Of a stretch of DNA of 58,693 nt, positions 37,413 to 45,839 are shown in pieces. Position numbers and translations under genes: made by a program. Source of the stretch: Senegalimassilia sp. (GTDB lineage: Bacteria; Actinomycetota; Coriobacteriia; Coriobacteriales; CADBOM01); NCBI GenBank assembly GCA_963661535.1, contig CAVLCC010000004.1:1-58693 (forward strand), read 5' to 3'. The notes below the pieces were generated by a model that searched no databases, was not told the origin of the DNA, and was given only the letters and a program-made list of their open reading frames with translations. Positions within the stretch are counted from its first letter, which is position 1. Each line of letters begins with the position of its first letter.

Positions 37413-38810
37413 CTAGTCAAAATATGGAACATACAAGTCTGCTTTGCTCTTTGGGTCGTTTGGAAAAAGCTTGCGATAGAGCTCAACAAAGTAGTTGTCG
37501 GTCATAGAGGCAATAAAGTCGCAAACAATGTCATCTTGAGGCGTGCTATCAAGATAGCTTGTGTTTCTCAGCCTAATAAACCACGCGTTAATGTGATGAG
37601 CAAATATGGTTGAGCTTTCGTCTCCGCTTTTGAGGTCATCTAGCAGGCGTTGATACATTTCGTTCATCATAGGGTGAATAATCTTTTCGAGCTTACTGCC
37701 CGTTACGGAGTCGTAGTTATACACGGCAGCAAAGTTGGATTTTTTTAGTCGTCTAATCTCGTCGGAGACTTCTTCATCCATACAAATGCAATCTTTGCCA
37801 ATAGAATTTTTGATTATATTTATGGTTGAGTTAGCAATAATTTCGCTGTTGGTTGTTCCTAAAAAGCTGTCAAATCTGTATTGATCTTTGTCGAGATACC
37901 CAGCACTAATTGCGTCTTGACGGTCTTTGCCAAGGTAAGCCAAGATATCGCAAATTCTGACAACGCAACCCTCTAGGGTGCTTGGACGCAAACAACTGCT
38001 ATAGCCATCTTGCGTGTAGCAATCTTCCATAAGTGTGTTTAACGCGTCAAAGCTATCGCACTCCGCGGGTTTGTATACAGAAAAGTTATTTTCTCCGCAG
38101 TGACACAAAATGCCATTATAGGTTTGCAGCGACAAATTGCATGGAGCCACATTTCGCAATGCGCGAACGCTGTGCACGTTGTGGTTAAAGTAGCGTCCTG
38201 TGCGTGCGTGGTACGACTCGTTTAAAAATCGCTCACCCTCGTGACCAAAGGGTGTGTGTCCAGCATCATGACCAAGCCCAATCGCCTCGATTAGCGCAGT
38301 ATTAAGGCGCAGAGCAGCACCTATTTTTTTGGCAGTTTGCGCAACTAGCTGGATATGAAAGCCGCGGCGCGACAAGTCGTCATTTTTAAAGAGTGAAAAC
38401 ACCTGCGTTTTATCAAATGTTCGTTTAAAAAATGGATTATTTAAAATGCGGTCTACATCGCTTAGATAAGGGGAACGAATATAGAGCTGGTTGGTGAGGG
38501 GCTGATTCTTTTCATAGATTGCGTCTAGGTCACGAGCTGCTTGAGGTGCCATAGCTTGCTGGCGTTTCTCAAAGCCTTCGCGCAGGTAGTCTATTTGTTC
38601 GTTTTCTAGCTCAAAAAGAACTGCGGATTTGTTGTGGTTAGATTTGATGGTAAGTTCTTTGAAGTTGTCTGTGCTGTTTGTGTTGTTAGTGTTGCTCTCA
38701 TCGTTCATGCTGTTTGTGCCGCCCATACTGCTCTCATCGTCCACACTATTTATATTGCCCGCGCTATTCACGTCGCTTATATCCCTTACTTCGTCCATGT
38801 TTTCCTCCAA
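37413..38810 (-). CDS. dGTP triphosphohydrolase-like HD-domain protein with a low-complexity N-terminal extension
   Basis: HD motif context GLGHDAGHTPFGHEGERF and C-terminal DFIASMTDNY are typical of the dGTPase family. The N-terminal ~55 aa are N/S/D/T-rich imperfect repeats (NSVDDESSMGGTNSMNDESNTNNTNSTDN). Confidence 0.85.
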   Translation of the reverse strand: MEENMDEVRDISDVNSAGNINSVDDESSMGGTNSMNDESNTNNTNSTDNFKELTIKSNHNKSAVLFELENEQIDYLREGFEKRQQAMAPQAARDLDAIYEKNQPLTNQLYIRSPYLSDVDRILNNPFFKRTFDKTQVFSLFKNDDLSRRGFHIQLVAQTAKKIGAALRLNTALIEAIGLGHDAGHTPFGHEGERFLNESYHARTGRYFNHNVHSVRALRNVAPCNLSLQTYNGILCHCGENNFSVYKPAECDSFDALNTLMEDCYTQDGYSSCLRPSTLEGCVVRICDILAYLGKDRQDAISAGYLDKDQYRFDSFLGTTNSEIIANSTINIIKNSIGKDCICMDEEVSDEIRRLKKSNFAAVYNYDSVTGSKLEKIIHPMMNEMYQRLLDDLKSGDESSTIFAHHINAWFIRLRNTSYLDSTPQDDIVCDFIASMTDNYFVELYRKLFPNDPKSKADLYVPYFD

Positions 38811-38914
38811 TAAAATTTTTTTGATTTTGTTGCAAATGATTATATATGCACCTTAATGTGCTAAACTTTAAAAATCTATAAAACTGAGCTTGATTTGAAA
38901 GATAGGGGATTTTT

Positions 38915-40408
38915 GTGGACTACAATTTTGTGATTTTGGTAGTTGCTGTTATTGCTGCGATATTTGCGGTTGTGTCTGTTATATTGCTGCTAACAGTTAA
39001 CAAACAATTAAAGGTAGTAAAAACCGACGAGCTTCTATCTTATCTCAACCGAGTTGAACAGCGAATTGCAGCTGTAGAAGAAAAATTGCAGCTAAATCAA
39101 GCAGTTAACGAAGAAAAGATTGCCGCTCTCGAAAATTCATTAACCACGTCAACACGGAGACTCGAGACCAAAATTGATGACGTGCGTCGCGAAAATGCTC
39201 AGACTGCGCAAAAAAATACAGCCACAGTTGATGAGAAGCTAGAAAAAATGCGCGAGATTGTTGACGAGAAGTTAACTGTTCGCTTAAACACTCAGTCTTC
39301 AGAACTTCGCGATCATCTTGCAAAATTTGATACTCGGTTTGCCGAGTTTTCAAAGCAAATTCAAGGTTTTCAGGGGCAAATCAATAATAGCCTAGCTGAG
39401 GTTCGCAAGACTGTTGAGGAGCAGTTAAAGAATATTCGCGAAGATAATGGTCGTCAACTAGACAAGGTCAGAGAGACAGTTGACGAGAAGCTCTCCAAAA
39501 CACTCAACGAAAATCTCAGCAGGTCTTTTAATCAGGTCAGGCAACAGCTCGAGGCGGTTTATAAGGGTCTAGGCGAGATGCAAAATGTTGCAAAAGACGT
39601 TGGAGGGCTTAAGCGTGTGCTCTCTAATGTTAAGACTCGAGGCGTTTTGGGTGAGGTTCAACTCGGCGCAATTTTGAGCGACATTTTAACGCGGGACAAG
39701 TACGAAGAAAATGTTGCAACAAAGCCAGGCAGTCTAGACCGTGTTGAGTTTGCTGTAAAGATTCCCGTAGAAGATGGAGACTATATCTATCTGCCAATTG
39801 ACGCTAAGTTTCCAGGAGATACTTACGACCAGCTTAGAGTTGCAACAGAAAGCGGAGACAAAGCTGCTATTGATGCTGCACGCAAAGCACTTGAGGTGCG
39901 CATTAAAAGCGAGGCAAAGGATATTTGCGAGAAGTATATTTCGGTTCCTCACACAACAAATTTTGCAATTATGTTTTTGCCTTTTGAGGGGTTGTATGCT
40001 GAGGTTGTTGACCGTCCGGGACTACTTGAATGTTTGCAGCGAGACTACAGGGTCAATGTGGCTGGACCTTCTACAATGGCGGCTCTTTTAAACAGCCTGC
40101 AGATGAGCTACCAAACACTTGCGTTGCAAAAGCGTGCTGATGAGATAGCACAAATTTTATCGGCCGTTAAGGCTGAGTTCCCCAAATATCAAAAGGAGCT
40201 AGATAAGGCCCTAAAGCAAATTCAGCGTGCTGGAAACACAGTTGAGGGCATAATTAACACGCGTACAAAGGTGATTGATCGCAAGCTGCGAGGCGTGGCA
40301 AACATCGATTATTCTCAAGCAGAACGCGTTTTGGGATTTAGCGATACAAATGATGAATTTGCGAGCTTGGAAGAAGCTGAGATTAACGACGACGGCGCGG
40401 AGATTTAG
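38915..40408 (+). CDS. rmuC: DNA recombination protein RmuC
   Basis: GTG start after AGGGGA. N-terminal TM helix, long coiled coil, and a C-terminal RmuC nuclease-like domain (VEFAVKIP..YLPIDAKFP, NFAIMFLPFEGLYAEV). Confidence 0.88.
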   Translation: MDYNFVILVVAVIAAIFAVVSVILLLTVNKQLKVVKTDELLSYLNRVEQRIAAVEEKLQLNQAVNEEKIAALENSLTTSTRRLETKIDDVRRENAQTAQKNTATVDEKLEKMREIVDEKLTVRLNTQSSELRDHLAKFDTRFAEFSKQIQGFQGQINNSLAEVRKTVEEQLKNIREDNGRQLDKVRETVDEKLSKTLNENLSRSFNQVRQQLEAVYKGLGEMQNVAKDVGGLKRVLSNVKTRGVLGEVQLGAILSDILTRDKYEENVATKPGSLDRVEFAVKIPVEDGDYIYLPIDAKFPGDTYDQLRVATESGDKAAIDAARKALEVRIKSEAKDICEKYISVPHTTNFAIMFLPFEGLYAEVVDRPGLLECLQRDYRVNVAGPSTMAALLNSLQMSYQTLALQKRADEIAQILSAVKAEFPKYQKELDKALKQIQRAGNTVEGIINTRTKVIDRKLRGVANIDYSQAERVLGFSDTNDEFASLEEAEINDDGAEI

Positions 40409-40436
40409 ACTGTCTAAGCTGTTTGGGCGCTTGGGC

Positions 40437-40466
40437 ATTTGCATATTTGCATATTTCCATATTTGC
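40437..40466. repeat. 8-bp tandem repeat (atatttgc-like, about 3.75 units)
   Basis: atttgc-atatttgc-atatttcc-atatttgc, lying between convergent rmuC and the 40485 ORF. Confidence 0.7.
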
Positions 40467-40484
40467 GTAGTTGCACCAACCAGC

Positions 40485-41480
40485 TTATAAAAACAGAGAC
40501 TCCATAGGGTCGTCTTTTTGCAAACTCATTTTGCAATCGAGCAAAAATGCGGCCGTATCGGGATGGTTGTTTTGAGAAGCTAGAGATATGCAAGTTTCTA
40601 TTTTGCTGCTGTCAAACAGGTGCGGCCAATCTTGCATTATTTGAAGCTCACGGGTTAGTCCATTTATTGCAAGGCAACGCATAAGCGACTCTTTTCGTGG
40701 AATATCTTCAGGATCTAAATATTCAAACACGGTTTTTATGTTTTCTGCTTCGCGCTGGGTTAAGGTTTTTTCTTCAAAACGCCATCTAGATAAAGCCCAA
40801 ATTTTAGAAATATTTTTTGGAAAGTGCTCGCATAAAAATCTAGTCACCCGATTGTATGCAAATACATCTACCTTGCCTATCATTATGCGGGGCACGTCTA
40901 GATCCTCTCCAAACATTTTGCAAAGCTTGTCTGCAGTATCTAGATAGAGTTCTTCTTGGTCTCGCCAAAAAGCAAGGTCTTCTTTGGAATATTTGCTAGT
41001 TTTTTGAGCAAGATAATATTCCTCATTTGCACGCAGCTCTTTTCCATATCTGCTAACTTGATATAAGCAACTAGATACAATCGATGTCAAAACATCTGCT
41101 CCAAAAAGACCTTCATATGCAAGTTCAACAATAGTTTTGCAGTTGGTTCCATCCACCTTTATTTCAAAAAAATCATCAGGAAAATGCGGGTGTCCAACAA
41201 AACCCGACAGCACAATGCTTCCTCCGCATACAATAAAATCTCCATAATCACCAATTATGTTATTGCCAACTAACTTAGTCATATTATTTTGAGGAGTGCC
41301 TAGGGCTTTTGCCATTTGAGTTTGTCCTCTTGAGACTGCAATTGCAAATGCAACAGTTGTATCTTCATAGGAACCTGAATTTAGCAAAGCCATAACGTCA
41401 GATGCGCTTTTTGTTGCCGCTGCAAGTTCGAGGTCTCTTAGAGTCAATCCTTTATCTTGTGTATTCATCATAAAACCCAA
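40485..41480 (-). CDS. Hypothetical protein (331 aa)
   Basis: Long clean ORF. Only a weak ankyrin-like flavour at both ends (ALLNSGSYEDTTVAFAIAVSRGQTQMAKAL; ISLASQNNHPDTAAFLLDC). No catalytic motif recognised. Confidence 0.6.
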   Translation of the reverse strand: MGFMMNTQDKGLTLRDLELAAATKSASDVMALLNSGSYEDTTVAFAIAVSRGQTQMAKALGTPQNNMTKLVGNNIIGDYGDFIVCGGSIVLSGFVGHPHFPDDFFEIKVDGTNCKTIVELAYEGLFGADVLTSIVSSCLYQVSRYGKELRANEEYYLAQKTSKYSKEDLAFWRDQEELYLDTADKLCKMFGEDLDVPRIMIGKVDVFAYNRVTRFLCEHFPKNISKIWALSRWRFEEKTLTQREAENIKTVFEYLDPEDIPRKESLMRCLAINGLTRELQIMQDWPHLFDSSKIETCISLASQNNHPDTAAFLLDCKMSLQKDDPMESLFL

Positions 41481-41567
41481 ATCAAAAACTACTTTTCAAA
41501 AAAATCTATTTATAAGTTGTAAAATATAATCATACTTAATTTATTTTTTTGCAAGAAAGGAAAATTC

Positions 41568-42524
41568 ATGATTGTTGCTATTATTCTTCTGGTTATTGTT
41601 ATAATTGCTATTCTTTCTGGTCTTTATATTGTTAAACAGCAATATATAGACATCATAGAAAGATTTGGAAAATATCACACATCCACAAGTGCTGGAATAC
41701 ATTATAAAATTCCTTTAGTAGATCAAATTGCTGCTAAGGTTCCTTTGAGAATCCAACAACTCGATCAAACTATTACAACCAAAACAAAAGATAATGTTTT
41801 CGTTAGTTTGCAAACTTCGGTTCAATATAGGGTAGATTCAAATAATGTGCAAGCAGCTTATTATGAACTCCAGGATCCTGAGGCGCAAATATCTTCTTAT
41901 ATCGAAGACAATATTAGAAATGCCGTACCAAATCTAACTTTAGACGAAGCCTTTGTGCAAAAAGACCAGCTTGCTATGGATGTTGAGCGCACACTAAAGG
42001 AGTCAATGTCTTCGTTTGGATACATCATAATTAAAACTTTGGTAACTGATATTGATCCTTCTGCCGAGGTTAAAAATGCGATGAACGCCATCAACGAGGC
42101 AGAGCGAAAAAGGGTTGCGGCTAAAGAACTTGCTGAGGCCGACAAAATCACAACAATCACAAAAGCTGAGGCAGAGGCAGAGAAAAATCGTTTGCATGGC
42201 GAGGGCATTGCAGCTCAAAGACAGGCTATCATCGATGGTTTGCATCAGTCGCTAGTTAAAATGAAAAATGAGGGCATGAGCGAAGATGAAGTTATGTCTG
42301 TTATTTTGACTCAACAATACTTAGATGTGTTGAGTGAAATGTCGTGCTCGCAAAATACAAAAGTTCTCATGGTTCCATCAGACGCTAGTACAGGGGCTAA
42401 TATTCAAAATCAAATGTTGCAAGCATTTGAGATGGCAAAGTCGGAGGCTGCGCAAACTCCAAATACAAAGAGAGAATATTCAACCAAATTATCAAGTGGG
42501 CTCTCGCAAAAAACTACTAACTAG
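41568..42524 (+). CDS. SPFH/band-7 (stomatin/prohibitin-like) membrane protein
   Basis: N-terminal TM helix, then YIVKQQYIDIIERFGKYH...KDNVFVSLQTSVQYRV, then a coiled-coil Ala/Glu-rich segment (AEAEAEKNRLHGEGIAAQRQAI). Confidence 0.9.
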   Translation: MIVAIILLVIVIIAILSGLYIVKQQYIDIIERFGKYHTSTSAGIHYKIPLVDQIAAKVPLRIQQLDQTITTKTKDNVFVSLQTSVQYRVDSNNVQAAYYELQDPEAQISSYIEDNIRNAVPNLTLDEAFVQKDQLAMDVERTLKESMSSFGYIIIKTLVTDIDPSAEVKNAMNAINEAERKRVAAKELAEADKITTITKAEAEAEKNRLHGEGIAAQRQAIIDGLHQSLVKMKNEGMSEDEVMSVILTQQYLDVLSEMSCSQNTKVLMVPSDASTGANIQNQMLQAFEMAKSEAAQTPNTKREYSTKLSSGLSQKTTN

Positions 42525-42594
42525 TTTTAGTTGTACAAACGTAATTATTGCTTGATTATTGGGGGAGCAAGAAAAGAATATATTTGGGGGATAA

Positions 42595-43575
42595 ATGTTT
42601 GAAGATTCTAACAAAGAAGACGATTTTTTAGCGCAAAAACGCAGAGAGAGGCAAAGGGCTGCTAATGCAAATGGCGGAGCTGAAGGCAAGCAACGCACAC
42701 GCGCAACATTGGATTTTGGAAACGATGATCTTGAGAATGAGTCTGCACAAACAGTCTCGCAAGACGAATTCTTAAGCCGTTTTAATACATCTAGCATAGA
42801 ACAAAAAAACAAAAATGTGGTTATAAATGCGGATATAAGTCAGCCTGCCAAATCTTTTAAAAAGTCCGGTGTTTTAAAGAAAATTTTAATTGTATTTGGA
42901 TGTATATTTGGAATTTTTGCCATTTGGTTTGTAAGCCAATTAATAGAAACTATAAATTATATGAATTCTGCAAATCCAAGGAGCTACGATAAACTGGATG
43001 AGCAAGGCAAAGAAGCTGTAGAAAATACAAATTTAATTAGTGACCTTTATATCGTTAAAGATAATAAAGGACGAGAGTATTCGGTCTGTTTATATGAATA
43101 TCCCGATCCAGGTAAATGCGAATACCTAGATTTTTATGATACGTTGGCAACCCTTGTTTATAGAGATGATACCAATGGCGATTATCTTGTGGGCGATATC
43201 GATGATTGTTATGTGAATGTTTTTGATTCAAACGGATCTATGTTCAATTCAAACAATCAAACTCTAGAAGATACTCTTAACTATAATTCAAATAGATATG
43301 AGAGTGTTGATAAAACTAAACCACACATTGGAGTCTATTATATTAGTTCTGGATGTTTTAAACTCGATAGACACAAAGAATATGCTATAGCTATTCTTAA
43401 ACAATGGTATAGATATGAAGACGAAGAATTTTTGAAGGTAATAGATGATTTTGAAATAAAAGAAATTACTTCTTCTGAGTTGGAGACAATAGTTGCTTCT
43501 TGGGCGCAAAAGTATGATTTGGCAACTACATATGATGAATTTAAAGAACAAAAAATCGTAAAATACGATTATTAG
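42595..43575 (+). CDS. Hypothetical single-pass membrane protein
   Basis: Disordered charged N-terminus, TM helix ILIVFGCIFGIFAIWFVSQLI, and a ~200-aa extracytoplasmic N/D/Y-rich domain. Follows the SPFH gene on the same strand. Confidence 0.6.
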   Translation: MFEDSNKEDDFLAQKRRERQRAANANGGAEGKQRTRATLDFGNDDLENESAQTVSQDEFLSRFNTSSIEQKNKNVVINADISQPAKSFKKSGVLKKILIVFGCIFGIFAIWFVSQLIETINYMNSANPRSYDKLDEQGKEAVENTNLISDLYIVKDNKGREYSVCLYEYPDPGKCEYLDFYDTLATLVYRDDTNGDYLVGDIDDCYVNVFDSNGSMFNSNNQTLEDTLNYNSNRYESVDKTKPHIGVYYISSGCFKLDRHKEYAIAILKQWYRYEDEEFLKVIDDFEIKEITSSELETIVASWAQKYDLATTYDEFKEQKIVKYDY

Positions 43576-43603
43576 AGCACAGCTTTCGTATGTTTATCTA
43601 TAC

Positions 43604-43645
43604 ACGATATGCACGATATATACGATATGTACGATATATACGAAC
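43604..43645. repeat. 9-bp tandem repeat (acgatatRY x4 plus partial)
   Basis: acgatatgc-acgatatat-acgatatgt-acgatatat-acgaac, read directly between convergent genes. Confidence 0.8.
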
Positions 43646-43702
43646 GTTGAAAAATTAGATTGTGTGTTTGTATTATGCGCTGGTTGCGAGTTAGACTGCG
43701 AG

Positions 43703-44896
43703 CTATATCAAACAGTATTTGCACCAATAAAACCACCATGCAGGTATTTCTCGCAACAGTGCTTTTGTTGAACCCCAAGTAAAGCTGCCTTGCGCAGGCA
43801 CAGTAGAAACATCTTTTCCATTTGCCATATACATCATCTTTATGCGTGGCATGTGATAGAAGCTGCTGTCAGCCAAAATGGTTGAGAGTCCTTTTTGGTT
43901 GCATATATCAATTGAGTTTTTTACAGTGTCTTGAGTTGTATCGCCTTGTGTGTCAACCAAGATTGCTGAGTTGGGAACGCCAAGTGAGATTGCGTAGTCT
44001 CTCATAACATATGCTTCGTTTATGGGTTCGTCTGAGCCCTGTCCTCCACTTACTAAAACATAGTCTACGTAGCCGTCTAGATAAAGCTCTACAGCAGACT
44101 TAACACGTTCTTGCAATGAAAGTGACATGCTGCCATCGCTTCTAACTTTTGCTCCAAAAGACACAACAACATCAGCTTTTTGTCTATAATCTGTTGATCC
44201 ATAAAAAATAGTTTGCGCAACCGGAAAAAGCATTGCAATAATAAGCAGCCAAATGAGCATTGCTGCTTTTTTGTGTATTGGAGTATGGTAGTTGTTTTTA
44301 TCCTGTGAGGTTGCTTTTTGTTCTGGTTGATTTATTTTGGTCTCGTATGCAGCTAGACTTTTCTTTGTTGTAGTGCACGATATAGATATGCATAACATAC
44401 ACAATGCAATAAGTGTAGACAAAGAAATTGGCAGTGCAAAATATAGTTGGTTGCTTATAAGAAGTTCCCAGTAAATCGCTGCATCTTTTAGGGCAAAAAG
44501 CATAATTATGATAGAACTTATTCCTGCAAAATTAGCCCGCTTAATATACAGAGGCTTTAGCCCCCAAATAACCAGTGCACATCCGCATACAAATTGTATG
44601 ATTATGGCTAGTGTGTTTTGAAACAATTCAGGCAAAACCTGAATTCTAAAATCTACCCACCACACACATTCAATATTTGCGTTGCCAAGCATAAAACCTA
44701 TGGTATTTGCTATTGAGAATAATCCAAAGAAAAGTGCTAGCGATCGAACAAGAGACGAAGGCATAAGAGAGCTTATTTCTTTGCTGTCGTTGTGTTTGTG
44801 TTTACCTACGTGCGAATTGTTTTTGTATACATCTACATAAGCAGTGGTTTCTAACTGCTGGTTTGCATTGTATGAAATGTTATTAGTATCAGTCAT
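43703..44896 (-). CDS. Membrane protein with C-terminal DUF218 (YdcF/SanA/ElyC-like) domain
   Basis: About 6-7 N-terminal TM helices, then VVVSFGAKV...YVLVSGGQGSDEPINEAYVMRDYAISLGVP...ILVDTQGDTTQDT, the typical DUF218 pattern. Confidence 0.75.
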   Translation of the reverse strand: MTDTNNISYNANQQLETTAYVDVYKNNSHVGKHKHNDSKEISSLMPSSLVRSLALFFGLFSIANTIGFMLGNANIECVWWVDFRIQVLPELFQNTLAIIIQFVCGCALVIWGLKPLYIKRANFAGISSIIIMLFALKDAAIYWELLISNQLYFALPISLSTLIALCMLCISISCTTTKKSLAAYETKINQPEQKATSQDKNNYHTPIHKKAAMLIWLLIIAMLFPVAQTIFYGSTDYRQKADVVVSFGAKVRSDGSMSLSLQERVKSAVELYLDGYVDYVLVSGGQGSDEPINEAYVMRDYAISLGVPNSAILVDTQGDTTQDTVKNSIDICNQKGLSTILADSSFYHMPRIKMMYMANGKDVSTVPAQGSFTWGSTKALLREIPAWWFYWCKYCLI

Positions 44897-44978
44897 GCTT
44901 TTCTCCTGTTTTTTGTTTCTTCAATGGTAACGGTGCAATGTAGCTTTTTTGGGCGCACTACCTACATATGGATTAAAA

Positions 44979-45044
44979 GGTTAGATTTGGTTTTGAAATT
45001 GGTTAGATTTTGGTTAGATTTTAGAAAGGTTTTGTTTAGATTTG
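44979..45044. repeat. Helically phased GGTTAGATTT array upstream of comEA
   Basis: ggttagattt-ggttttgaaatt-ggttagatttt-ggttagatttt-agaaaggtttt-gtttagatttg, with a period of about 11 bp, ending about 95 bp before the comEA ATG. Confidence 0.6.
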
Positions 45045-45139
45045 TGCGCTAGTATTCTCTTTCAAAATAAAGCAATCTTTAGTTAGAGGTGTTTGCTTAC
45101 AACCACTTTTGATTACAAGAAAACAGAAAGGAAAGTATT

Positions 45140-45805
45140 ATGGATACGCGCACAAGAGATGATTTGTTACGCCGTGCATCAATTAAAAAAGTGTCTCCAA
45201 ATGTGTTAAAAGCACTGGCTGCAATCGTTGTAATAGTTGTTATTTTTTCGCTAATAAAATGGAGTCCTATAGCCAATGGGTCAGAGTTTGAGATATCACA
45301 TTCTTCAGAAGCAAGTTCAAGCGATGGAGATGACACGCAAGAATCTGGGCAGCAAAATCAATATGTTGTTGTGCATGTTTCGGGAGCCGTGGTAGCACCT
45401 GGAGTCTATAGTTTGCCTGCAGGAAACAGAGTTAACGATGCCGTGCAGGCTGCGGGAGGTTTTTCTCAAGATGCAAGCACGTCTTGTATTAACCTTGCAA
45501 GGCAAGTTCAAGATGGCGAACAAATAATTATTTCAACACAAGAACAAGCTGAGCAATCTCAGTCGTCTGCTGCGGGTACTGCTACTTCAGTCGATGCCTC
45601 TCAAGGAAGTACTTCCAAAATTAATATCAATACTGCCGATGCAACCAAGTTGCAAGAGTTGCAAGGAATAGGTCCTTCAACTGCTCAAGCAATCATTGAC
45701 TATAGAACTCAAAATGGAAACTTCAAGACCATAGAAGACATTAAAGAGGTCTCAGGAATAGGAGATGGCAAATATTCAAAAATAGAGGCATCTATATGTG
45801 TCTAA
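45140..45805 (+). CDS. comEA: ComEA, DNA receptor (SLBB plus helix-hairpin-helix)
   Basis: TM helix, SLBB segment VVVHVSGAVVAPGVYSLPAGNRVNDAVQAAGG, and C-terminal HhH pair ININTADATKLQELQGIGPSTAQAIIDYR...IKEVSGIG. Confidence 0.9.
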   Translation: MDTRTRDDLLRRASIKKVSPNVLKALAAIVVIVVIFSLIKWSPIANGSEFEISHSSEASSSDGDDTQESGQQNQYVVVHVSGAVVAPGVYSLPAGNRVNDAVQAAGGFSQDASTSCINLARQVQDGEQIIISTQEQAEQSQSSAAGTATSVDASQGSTSKININTADATKLQELQGIGPSTAQAIIDYRTQNGNFKTIEDIKEVSGIGDGKYSKIEASICV

Positions 45806-45839
45806 CTGCAATTATGCAAAACACTTTTAAGATGAAACA

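Noticed and set aside
43572-43778. ORF 43572..43778 (-), 68 aa
   Set aside because: Its C-terminal half is just the 9-bp tandem repeat translated (ISYISYISCISCI), and it overlaps the 3' end of the DUF218 gene.
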